DNA from: Podarcis tiliguerta
Taxonomy: Eukaryota
Length of the DNA: 64,000 bases
Strand: one strand, 5' to 3'
Assembly (NCBI GenBank): GCA_965153285.1
Contig: OZ229111.1
Position numbers and translations under genes: made by a program. The notes beneath the pieces are model-generated. The model ran no database searches. It was not told the origin of the DNA and was given only the letters and a program-made list of their open reading frames with translations. Each line of letters begins with the position of its first letter. Positions within the stretch are counted from its first letter, which is position 1. Below, piece after piece: positions 52,864 through 64,000 of the stretch.

Positions 52864-54998
52864 TAAGTTTAGGATCAAAACTTTTTGTGTTTCCTTTTCC
52901 TTTCCACAAAATGAACCTCAGCATCTCACAGTGATGTTAAGCTACAATTTTAGATACACTGCTCAGTTTTGGTGTGTGGTTCTTTCTTGCGTGTACATTG
53001 CTGTCTGGACAAGGGCTGCTGCGCACATGGCTGCACAGTGGTTCAGCTTGGCTGGCAGCAATCTCCATGCTCTCAGGCTCCTCCGTTGCATTTTGCAGAG
53101 TAGCAATGACAGCTTGCTATTTGCAGAGCTTGTTTTACACTAACAAGACACTATAGTACATTCTGCACCTCGCGTATCCTGACACCATGACTGGCACTGT
53201 TATTACCATAGATCTCATTGCACAGTACAATGGGGTAGGCAGGGACACACACATGTCTAAATGAAGAGAGGCTTGTCTCAGGCACACTCACTAAGTCAGG
53301 GCACACTTTCTCCCAATTGGCCAACTCTGGCACTTAAAGCAGTGTTTTTTGGCTTCCTGACATAGGAGACCCCACTTCCACCTCCTAAAGCAAACTGGGC
53401 TGGCCTCTCTGTTTATTTTCTGGCTCTACTGTGAAGAGAGATGTCAAAGCCTGCAGACTCCTCTCAACCTCTTCAGAGCTTTCCTGTGGCATGGTAAACT
53501 CATGGTGTTTAACCAGGCTATTAAGACACAGCAGTTGAAAAGGAGGCCTAGCAGCCAAGGAGTAGTGATGAAGAGTGTGCTGTGCTTGGTTTCCCAGGTA
53601 TCTGACTTTACAGGAAGCAAGCTATTTTGTCTCCTACAGCAGTAATGAATGAGTAGCTGACAATTTATCTCTCCCCGCCCAGCAAAGTTCCAAGATGTCA
53701 TAGTTTGATGTTTTAAAACTATGGTAGGACTATGTCAAAAAATAAGGCTTACAGATGCAGTGTTTGGCTGAACAAACTCTAAAATATATATTTGCTATCA
53801 GATCCCATATTCTTCTTTTTCCACTTTGATCTTTGTACCAGAATCTCTATGGCTCCCTCTGTTTATAACAGACTCCCCATCTGTGGCTTCTAAGTCACCT
53901 TTATTTTCAACATCAAGCCATCTGAAAAGACAGGATGATGAGATGGGAAGAGCAAGTTGACTGTAACAATAACTGTTATGCAAGTACATCTTTCCATGAC
54001 CCAGTTCTATTTGTCCAAATCCCTCTTATACCCAACTGTTGAAGTTACCAAAGACCTAACCTCCTTGGCTGTTCTTTAGGTCACCCTATCAAGTAAGCTT
54101 CTGAAAAACTCCCTTGGACCACCTTAACTCCAGCTTTCCTCAGATTTTATGAGCCAAGTTGAATTGTGTTTCTGGGTCTGCAAAATCCAGATGGGTATTG
54201 ATTGGATTGCGTGCACAGCCCTAGTATGCAGCCTTCAGGATCGGACTGGGCAAAGCCCTCCTGATGTTGCTGGACTTTTGCTCTTCTCATCCTTTATCAT
54301 TGACCATGTTAGCTGGGGCTGATGAGAGCTGGCATCCAAGAACATCTAGAGGCCCAAAGGTGCTACTCCTGCCTTAGGATATATTTTAGTGAAAAAGATG
54401 GCAGGGAAGACTGATGTCAATACATGAATGACTTCATGAAGAAGGAAGTGTGGCTGAAAAGACACCTCCCCAATTGGTGTAAATCTGAGAGGAGAAACAA
54501 GACAAAATTACTAGTTTAGGAGAAGGAAGCAATTACCAGTTTAAGATAATTGTCTTGGGAACAAACTGGCTACCCTCAAACCAGCCCTGTAAACATAGAT
54601 GTTAGAGGAGAAACAAACGTCTCTCAGTTTCCTCAGGCGAGAGATACTGAGAAACTCTTGATGGACTGCAAGACTATAACTCAAGATGTTATTAACTTGG
54701 GAAGCAACAACATGGCATGTGTGAGATGGAACTCACACAAATGCTAGCACTACTGTGAGGAAGACACAAGATGGCAGACAGAATGAATCCCCTACTCTCC
54801 CTCCTTTCATGTGTTGGTGTGATGGGTACAAATCTGTCCGTTTCATTTTCTCTCCATTTCTCATTCTCCTGTTCTCCACATTTCTCATTTTCAGTTCTCC
54901 ACATTTCCACATCTGTTTGTGATTAAAAATAAATAAATACTCATGAACCACTTAGAGGTTCTATTTAGAGTCAGGCAGTATATACATTTTGCTAAATA

Positions 54999-55236
54999 CA
55001 GTGGTACCTCGGGTTAAGTACTTAATTCAAGTACTTAATTCTTAACCTGAAACTGTTCTTAACCTGAAGCACCACTTTAGCTAATGGGGCCTCCTGCTGC
55101 TGTCATGCTACCGCTGCGTGATTTCTGTTCTTATCCTAAAGCAAAGTTCTTAACCTGAAGCACTATTTCTGGGTTAGCGAAGTGTGCAACCTGAAGCGTA
55201 TGTAACCTGAAGCATATGTAACCCGAGGTACCACTG
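54999..55236. mobile_element. Tigger/pogo-like MITE, family A
   Basis: Perfect TIR CAGTGGTACCTCGGGTTA; TA TSD. Confidence 0.9.
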
Positions 55237-57871
55237 TAATGATAAAAAATGAAGACCAGCTGGCTTTTTAGTACAAATTTCTCCTAATACTCATTTTCAC
55301 AAAGCCTATTTTCCCTAATATAATGCAATTTTGTATGCCAGTTTCATGAATGTTTTATTTTAATGCACACTTTACCTTAGGATATGCAATTTTGTGCATG
55401 GAGAAGTACGCTGCAAAATTCAGAGAAGTACAAATTTCCAAGGAAGGCTATGTTTCAGTTGGTGTGTTGTTTCAGAAAGTGCAAATTAGGTAGGTTTGCA
55501 TTTAAATGTGAACTGAATCAAATTCCTCCCCATACCTAGAGTTTATATAGAGGTAGAATCCATGTGTGCCAGATTTGGATTTCACCCTCTGCTTTTGCCT
55601 TCTGTAGAGAGCATATAAACATACAACTTGTGCGTGCATGAGCTTGCCATGCAGTCAATAAATCTGCATTTCAATGGTTTCGTGGCAGCATCTACAAATT
55701 GCACACGCATGCAATCTGTGTGCATCATCCCATGGATGCTGAGAGTGGTGGTTGGACAATGAGAATGATCCTGATTTCTCTTCTCATATTGATTCTACTA
55801 CTTTTCAGGACATTGGGATGAGGCTTTCGTCCCTACTGGAGAGGCTAAAAAACAGAGCCTGTTTGACTGAAGTGGGTGCATCCAACTTTAGTCATAGTCA
55901 GAGCAAGTCCATTAAAATGAATGGACACGAAAAATTTAGGTCCATTAATTTCAGTGGGAGACACCCCAGGGTGTTTTCACATGTCAGGTTTCAATTGAGG
56001 TTTGCTTAAATTGCTCCATAATGTTGAACCCTACCTTTGCCACAAAGCATGGCCAATGTGTCTCCCAAACTCTATCCAATATTAACAACCTTTGCACATG
56101 GCACAGTCAGTGGGAAAGACTCCCAAGGCCTCATTTTAACACCTCACTGTGTGAAAATGCTCTGAGCTACTCGTATCTGATCTGGCTCAGCTCCTCTTGA
56201 CCTTAGACAAGAAATGCCCCTAAAGACCTAAAGATCAAAATGCTCTGGCTTAACTAGTTCGGGGAAATTTGCAGATTACGTAATTAAAACACATTTTTGA
56301 CTTACTCAAAACATTTAAATCCTGAAACTTCTTTGTCGGTAAATGTAGGGTCTGAGGTTATCCCTGATTTATTTATAAATGCCCTTTTCCATGAAAATAG
56401 TTGATGGTGTTTGTAAATAGCTATAATTTCCCATCACGAGTAATTTTTCCTCTATTCTCATTTGTTTGAAACTGAAGAAAGCTAAAATCTTTCTTATCAT
56501 TCACTTTGAGTCAGTGTTATTTTTGTTCTATAAGCCACATTCCAAATGAAGGCCAGATTTGACGATGGCATCAGAGCTGAAGCAGCAATAATTCCGCTGG
56601 AGACTAAACAGATTTTCCTAATGTCAGTATGATTTTCTCATCACAGAGGAAATTTGAACAGATAGGAGGCCTTTAATAAAATGTGGTGTATTGCAAGTTG
56701 TATAATGGATGCTGAAGCCCTCTGAACACGATACATAGAGCAAAGAGTATGGACATATTGGCAACACAGCCAGAGTGATTCCATGCACAAAATTAACACG
56801 CTTCCATTAATTTTGTCGGCCTAAGTGCTCAGGCCCTGTGAAGTCATCAACTGCCAACATTACTAGAGGATTATTCATTTAGATGTCACAGAATGCATAG
56901 AGTTATCTAATACAATATTGACAGCCCACATGGGCTAATCATCATTTCCCCTCTCCCATATGAACTCATTGAACTAATTCCTGCTGGGAAGTAGAAGGCA
57001 AAGAGCTTTATGTGGTTGTACTAGTTCCTTCCTTCAGCTCAAGGGCTATCAAGGCATTCAGCTGTGGAAGGAATATGGCACTGCTGCTGAACCAATTATA
57101 ATTTCTCAGCTAGGGAGGGAAGAGCCATTACTATAAAGAAAAAAAGCATTAGATGCCTATATGTCTGAGGCCTACAGAAGACAGGACAACTAACGCCCCC
57201 TGCCTGAGTTGCCTTTGCACATGGATCCTTTATTACTGCTTTCATTTTCTGTCCAATTACACTCAATAAACTGTTGTGCGCACACAGAGGAATACTTCAG
57301 AAACACTGCCATTTCAGTATTGAAAGGCCATGCAGAGCGATGTGGATAAATACTTGATCCAAGGAGAAATGGGACTGAACTCCCAGCTAAGCCATGGAGC
57401 TTACTGAGTGACTTTGGTACAATCATTCTCTTGTAACCTGACCTACCTCACAGAGTTGTTGTGAGGATAAAATGCATTAACCTAATGTGTACCACCGGTG
57501 TAGCCTGGCAGGGGCACAGGGGCGGTTGCCCTGGGTGGGAAAAATTTAGGGGTTCAACATTTCAACACCTGGTGCTGCCTCAATACAGCTGTGTGCTTTC
57601 ATTGCTGGGCCTCACTGAAAACAGCTTCTCCATGTGAAACAGGAAGTGCCCTCTCCTTACAATGGAACAACTCTTCTTTGCTTATCTCTGCAGCTGCAAT
57701 CTCCTGGGTGTGCGTATGCCATTAGGCAGTTGAATATTCGTGCGTATCCGTTTCCCTCTATCTCTCACCCCCCCCCCCACATGCGACCCCAGATGCTGGC
57801 AACCCACGCTACACCACTGTCATGCACCATTCTTGAAGGAATGGCAGGATGCAAATCTAGGACACAAATAT

Positions 57872-57935
57872 GGTGCCTTTGTTTTTGCAAAATGATCAGG
57901 ACATCTCCTGATCATTTTGCAAAAATAAAGGCACC
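57872..57935. repeat. 30-bp inverted repeat with 4-nt loop
   Basis: GGTGCCTTTGTTTTTGCAAAATGATCAGGA-CATC-TCCTGATCATTTTGCAAAAATAAAGGCACC; one G:T mismatch. Confidence 0.9.
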
Positions 57936-58604
57936 CAGAGTTCATGATGGAGCTAGTCTAGAATTCAGAAAGCCTGATTCCCAGTTCTCTCACCACACAT
58001 GGCTATCTTCCAGTGATAAAAGAAAAGAAAACAGGAGCTACTGGCATTTTGTGAGCTAGCTTACAGTGGAAAAATGGTTTCTCGGAACTGACTGAATGTC
58101 AAGCGACATCACTGAAACAACAGCTTCTATTTGTTTCTTGAGTAAAAATAACGGACATGGCTCCCAAAAAGAAGGGGTGAGATGGAGTTGACAGCTTCTG
58201 GATGGAGGCTTTGTCAGTTTTACAACTACAGTGCTCAACTGAGTCTCTCTCTTTTTTCTTTTTTCTGGCTTAATGTGAAACATTCCTTGTTGAGGAAATA
58301 ATAGATCCAAGGAATAGCAACCACATTTAAAACACTCTGCAGATGGGAATTGCCTGAAAAGGAAAACCCACAAGAGAATGAAATATTTGATTTGCAGTAA
58401 ACGGGAGGAAATTATTTATGAAATTGCTAGGAGGCTCAGATCTAATCTGCCACGGGGTGGGTGGAGGAAGCAAAAAGCCACTTAGAATAAATATTACAGC
58501 CAGCCAATTAACTGGTGGTTCTTGGGCTTCATACAATAAGGTATATTCTTTAAACTGAGTAATTTAAAGTTTATAGCTAGATCATATCTCTTCTTCTATG
58601 TTTA

Positions 58605-58924
58605 GGTAAAGGTAAAGGGCCCCCTGACAATTAAGTCCAGTCACAAACGACTCTGGGGTTGCGGCGCTCATCTCGCTTTACTGGCCGAGGGAGCCGGCGT
58701 ACAGCTTCTGGGTCATGTGGCCAGCATGACTAAGCCGCTTCTGGCAAACCAGAGCAGCGCACGGAAACGCCGTTTACCTTCCCACTGGAGCAGTACCTAT
58801 TTATCTACTTGCACTTTGACATGCTTTTGAACTGCTAGGTGGGCAGGAGCAGGGACCGAGCAACGGGAGCTCACCCCATCACAGGGATTTGAACCACCGA
58901 CCTTCTGATCGGCAAGCCCTAGGC
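58605..58924 (-). mobile_element. Sauria SINE, 5'-truncated
   Basis: Reverse complement of the 52497 type; TSD TCTATGTTTA (58595-58604 and 58925-58934). Confidence 0.9.
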
Positions 58925-58964
58925 TCTATGTTTACAAGGTATCTAATTTAGAATCTAATTTAGT

Positions 58965-59327
58965 GGGATGCGGGTGGCGCTGTGGGTAAAACCTCAGCGC
59001 CTAGGACTTGCCGATCGCATGGTCGGCGGTTCGAATCCCCGTGGCGGAGTGCGCTCCCGTCGTTTGGTCCCAGCGCCTGCCAACCTAGCAGTTCAAAAGC
59101 ACCCCCGGGTGCAAGTAGATAAATAGGGACCGCTTACCAGCGGGAAGGTAAACGGCGTTCCGTGTGCTGCGCTGGCTCTCCAGATGCAGCTTGTCACGCT
59201 GGCCACGTGACCCGGAAATGTCTGCGGACAGCGCCGGCTCCCGGCCTATAGAGTGAGATGAGCGCACAACCCTAGAGTCTGGCAAGACTGGCCCGTACAG
59301 GCAGGGGTACCTTTACCTTTACCTTTT
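58965..59327 (+). mobile_element. Sauria SINE (different subfamily), full length
   Basis: GGGATGCGGGTGGCGCTGTGG head, B box GGTTCGAATCC, (ACCTTT)n tail; TAATTTAGAAT at 58944-58954 and 59328-59338. Confidence 0.92.
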
Positions 59328-60714
59328 TAATTTAGAATACATTTTTTTAAAAAATAATGGAAGTGCGGCAGGGGGATTAAGGCTTTGCCTCAGGAACATG
59401 ATAGCAGTGTTTCAATTAGAAGAATGGCAAATGAATCATTTTAAAATAAGCAGCATTTCTGGAAGAGGCCCACCATGACCCACTCTTTTCTGGTGAGTTC
59501 CAGATCCACTCCAAAAATGCATTTGTTCATACATTTATATACCACCCTTTCCTCCAAAGCACTCAAGTTGTTGCAATGGTTCTCTCCTCCTCATTTTATC
59601 ATCCAAGCTACCTTTGTGACGTAGGTTAGGCTGAGAGATAGTGGCTGGTCCAAAGTGTTGGTGTGATGGGTGAGCTTCGTGGCTGAGTAGGGATCCACAC
59701 CCCAGTCTCTGAAGGTCATAGGGCTACTTTTTTAGTCGGAACTTGCCAGAATTCAGTTCCGGCACCATGCATGCGATGCTACATGGCACAGAGGGAGAGC
59801 TGAAGCCAAGAGACGATGGCTTGTCTAAGGTCACCTACTGAGCCCCTGACAGCAACAATAGTTAGTTGGGGGGGGGGGGCCTTCCCGCTGTGTGACTCAG
59901 TCTCTTGAGACTCTTTTCTGAGGCAGTAGATTGGTAGAAATGGTGGACTGTGAGCAGCAGAAGAGAAAGGATGTATGAGCAGAAACATTATACTCCTCTC
60001 CAAAATGGTTTCACTCTGCCAAATCCTCAGGCAGGATTCAGAATTTCTGCAGCAATCCATTATGTGCTTGAGTATTACCAATTCCTTTTGTGCATGATCC
60101 AGAAGATTTGGAGTAGGGGAGACACTGCTGCCCATCACACTGTGCCGAGAGACAAACCCACCCCCTGGTTGGCATTAGACTTGCTCTTGCCTGTCACGAG
60201 GAAGACTTCAAACAGCTCCTATCTCATGGCTTCAACTCTCCCACTGCACCATGCAGCATCGCATGCAGCAGCTGTCCAAGTGGACCTGCATTGTGAGAAA
60301 GGAGTAGCCTGAGATCCAGTGAAGGGATCTTGTGCCAACTGAGTGCTGCTCTGTGGAAGCCCAGTTCCCGCTTGATACTGCAGATACATGCTGCTCATGA
60401 TGCCCACAGACCCTCTGGAGAGGTTTTTTGACTGAAGAATTTAGGAGGGGAACAGAAAGATAGGTACTGAAAGTTGCAGCCACTGAGCCCTGTCCATTGT
60501 TTATATTAGTGACCCTAATTTTATCCTCACAGCAAACCTGTGAATGAGTTAGGTTATAGATAGTGATTGTCCCATGGTCATACCAGGAGCTTCATGGCTG
60601 AGGGAGGATTTGAACCAAAGTCACACCTAACATTTTCCCTCAACACACTGGCTTTCATAATACTGAGATGGCAATATTGGTATGCCTTCCAGGGCTGTTG
60701 AAAGAAACATAGTA

Positions 60715-61127
60715 AGTTAACCACTGTCTTGTGGGACACCTTCAAGAGAAGAAAAGGCTAAGGAGTAAACCCTACACAAATTGGAAGTGGGGTCCCTAAG
60801 ACTGCTGGATGGCGTCTTGTACACCTCCTTCTGGCAGCTCCTGCAGCCAAACTGGTGCCAAATGTATTGCTCTGCTTTCCTTTGGACCACAGCAGTGGGG
60901 CCAAGAAGGGTGTCTTGTTGTCTGGGCAGCCCAGGACCTCCATACACACTGTCCAGGTTTGTGCCCCAGGGAGGTCACTTTTGTGCTGCTAATGCAGCAA
61001 AAACAACACAAGAAGCAGCAGCTGCAAGTTACTGGTCTCTGCAGGCACTGTGATTCTCCAATGGTTTGACCTCACCCCTGGAGGCACACTCCATTGTCTC
61101 TCAAGACAAACGGATGCCAACAACAAC
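60715..61127 (+). mobile_element. Probable short non-autonomous RTE-derived retroelement
   Basis: RTE-like 3' end CTCCATTGTCTCTCAAGACAAACGGATGC + (CAA)n; no ORF. Confidence 0.45.
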
Positions 61128-64000
61128 CCATAAAATCAGCAAGTAGATGAATGGAAACAAAACAAGCACTGAGCATATCATGAAACAGTGGCATCCAGAA
61201 ACCTAGAATGATTTTTTTAAAAAATTCTTTTTCTGCACACTGTTACTTCAGAACAAAACTTCAGAACACCTGCCAGATTCAATCAAACATTACCATCTAA
61301 TCAAATTTTGATGCAGCACCTAAGGCCTACGTGTTTGCCAACTTTCAAAGTAGTTTTCGGGATGTGATTGGGGCAGAGTAGGGGGTGGAGAGAGCTTGAA
61401 ATTGGCAGAATTTAAGTTAAGACGCAATTGCTAAAGTCCGTATATTATGCAGAAAGAGAAGCTTTGCCAAAAGAAATTGCTCAAGGCCATATTCAAAGTT
61501 TTGCCACCAGCCACACCTGGTGCTAAAAGTACAATTGCTGTTTTGGTGCTCATGACTTTCAGGTTGCTAGAAAAGCATTCAGTTCAAAGAACTCATAAAG
61601 TGATTTATCAATAAGTTGGGGAGGTTAGATTTTTAAATAATAATAAAAAAACAGTTCACATTGTTTGGATAGTTACAAATTTTATAACATTAAGCGCACG
61701 ATGATTCTGTGCAGCAGACACATGATTTGTGAAAGACATCATCAGCATCTGGCCTGATGCAGAGATGGAATCTGCCATAAGCCGCTATAAATATTGCTTG
61801 TTGCTCTTTTACTAGGTATAAATCCTGGCTTCCATTCATCATACACTCCTCATTAATAAATCACCAGGCAGCAACTAATCTGATCCGTTACTCTTCACTT
61901 CTAACCATCAAGATTCCATGCAGGAGGGTAGCAGGGGCTGTGAATAAACTTTCCACTCCGTCTTTCTGCTGCAACAATAAACTTTGTGAGGTCCCAAGTG
62001 CATCAATCATTTGAGTTTAGGAGAAATGTATTTATTTAAAATAACTCTTCCACTGTAAAAAAAAGAAAGAAAAAAGTGCTAACTTATAAAGGTGCAGAGC
62101 ACATGAGACATAGATCAATACCCATAAGGGGGACACCAGAATTCGCTTGCCAGGCCTTTATGAATGAAGGCAATAGAATTACTCCTGTGGCTTAAGTAAA
62201 TGACAATATGAAAACACATAGGTTGAATCTGCATGTTATGCTTAACGGTTTACCGTTTTGCTCTTCCCTCAGTGTGAATAGGAGCAACAAACCACAATCT
62301 CTTTCTTGGCACTGTATCCAACCTGGGGAATCATCGCTTGTTGGACCAGAGCGATTTGTACAAGGCTGTGACTCAAATGCCCTCTAAATATTGTTGCTTC
62401 CTAGAAGTATATCGACACCGTTATACTGTTGTTCCTAGCTTTAAACTCCAGGGTAGTTTTCAAATGTCTAGTCTTGGGTAGATATCAAACTAACTGGATC
62501 TTTAAAAGAACGTGGTAAAAGGGGGCAGCTCTTTACACAAGGCAATGCATTTTCCAGTGGCAAAGTCTGAAATGTTTCAGATTTCCCAACTGATCCTGCT
62601 TCCTGTCTTTGTCTCCCACCCAAAGATACTGAGGTGATTCCTGTGCCCAGCAGTGGGTTGGATCTATCTGAGTAGACCCACTGAAATCCATGGCAATTTA
62701 AATTCATTATTTTCAATGGGTCTGACTCTATGACACAGACACAGCTCCATGTATTTGGATCTCAGGGAATCTTGGGTAGTGACTGAAAGGTCTAAACTAT
62801 TTGGCAATAAAACAGTTTCAGTTAAACCCTAGAGGCTATTCACATTGGGCTTTGTGGATTGGGAAAGGCAGGCTCTTGAAGGGTCAGGCTCCCAGGAGGA
62901 CAAGATGCCCTTCAGGGAAAAGACAACATCATCAGGCAACTGCTTAACAAAACAGCCATTCTGGTACTTCATCAACAGTTGGCTACTGCAAAAGAGAGGT
63001 ATGCTTGGTCAGAGTGAGACAGGCTCAAGTACAGGGCTGCTGCAACTTCTATAATTTGTGGAACCTTTGGCAATAACTTAAGCTTCTGTCATTTCCAAGG
63101 ATCATCTTCCTGTCATATCCCCAAAGGTGAAACCCACAAATATGCTGGTGCAATTCCATATCTAAGCCATTTAAACTAGCCTTATGCCTTTAGGTGTTAT
63201 TTAAACATGCCTCTGTTCCAAACAAATACATCAACCTGTTTTTTAAAGGCACTAAAAAAAAATCTGTTTTATTTTTCACAGCTCTTTGTTATTAGCAATG
63301 TGTTCTTTGTTTTGGAAAATCTCCTGATCCAACTGGAGACTCATAATATTTTGCAGGCACTAAGTGTTCTGCACAATATATCTTTCAGCAACAGTGTCTT
63401 AAAGAAATGCATGTCTGTACAATAAAATGCTACTGTCCATTCTGAAAATAGATATCTAGGCAGTTGTGTAGGAGGGGTTGTTTGCAAGATGAATCCAAAG
63501 GGTACTTCTCAAATGCTTTGTCAATATATTTTGAATTTAGCCAGTCTTCAAGCTATGTCCCAGGGCCAAAATATGGTTTTGCAGTGGCAAAAAGCGCACG
63601 TACCAGGAAGCTCAGAAGTAGGAGAAATGGATCCTTGTCATTGGCTAGGGCATCCCATGTGGTTCAGGCCATGCTCCAGGGCTGTGTAGAGGCACCAGCC
63701 ATCCATCCATTTCCTGAAAGGGAAAAGCCAATCCTATTCCCAGGCAGGTGGGTGGGAGCAGGAGTTCCTGCCAGCTGCTTTCTAAGTTGCTGAATTGTTC
63801 ATATTGGAAACATCTCACAAATCATGGAAAATGTCATTATGATAAAAGAAAATCCAAGACAATGCTAAGAGGCTCTCATTAGCGTAAGGAAATTTGCGGG
63901 AACACAACCAGTTCATCATCAGTTTACTCGGCTGCTGCCAAGGGAATATAGCACCTAATATAAATGCTGCGTGATGACTAACAATTCCAATCTATCCAGC

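Noticed and set aside
59015-59045. tRNA-like GGTTCGAATCCC motif
   Set aside because: B box of a Sauria SINE head, not a tRNA gene.
62255-62455. Strong plus-strand polypyrimidine acceptor (ttttgctcttccctcag)
   Set aside because: All three frames hit stops before a credible donor; no partner exons found.
30000-64000. Possible TGFBI exons or a vault RNA2/nc886-like Pol III gene upstream, as in the human locus
   Set aside because: No fasciclin-like peptides or TGFBI C-terminus recognised, and the Pol III boxes I saw belong to SINEs. Short exons could have been missed without a search.

Overview
Vertebrate genomic DNA from a squamate reptile, probably a lacertid lizard (inferred from Sauria SINEs, a BovB-type RTE and a CR1/L2-rich repeat landscape). 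The only host protein-coding gene I can support is SMAD5 on the minus strand. It has six coding exons (25390->17385) summing to 1398 nt (465 aa + stop) with GT-AG junctions, a CpG-island promoter and non-coding exon 1 near 27.6-28.2 kb, and a probable ~4.6 kb 3' UTR. Downstream (1-6 kb) lie an apparently intact single-ORF L2 LINE and a 5'-truncated CR1 with an open RT frame. Upstream (28-64 kb) is non-coding, with many MITEs, SINEs, LINE fragments, a nested solo LTR and several candidate conserved non-coding elements. I see no convincing wholly new biological system. The best leads are: (1) a perfect 37-bp fold-back at the CR1 5' junction, inside its TSD; (2) an apparently ORF1-less L2 with an RG-rich N-terminal peptide and a G-quadruplex-like leader; (3) a covarying cUUCGg 3' stem-loop shared by the L2 and a SINE; (4) a multiply deleted BovB retaining both ends; (5) SMAD5 details: Leu at a His position in MH2, a NAGNAG acceptor, uORF-toggling acceptors and duplicated miR-200 sites. 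Repeat family names and comparisons to human come from recalled knowledge, not from searches.
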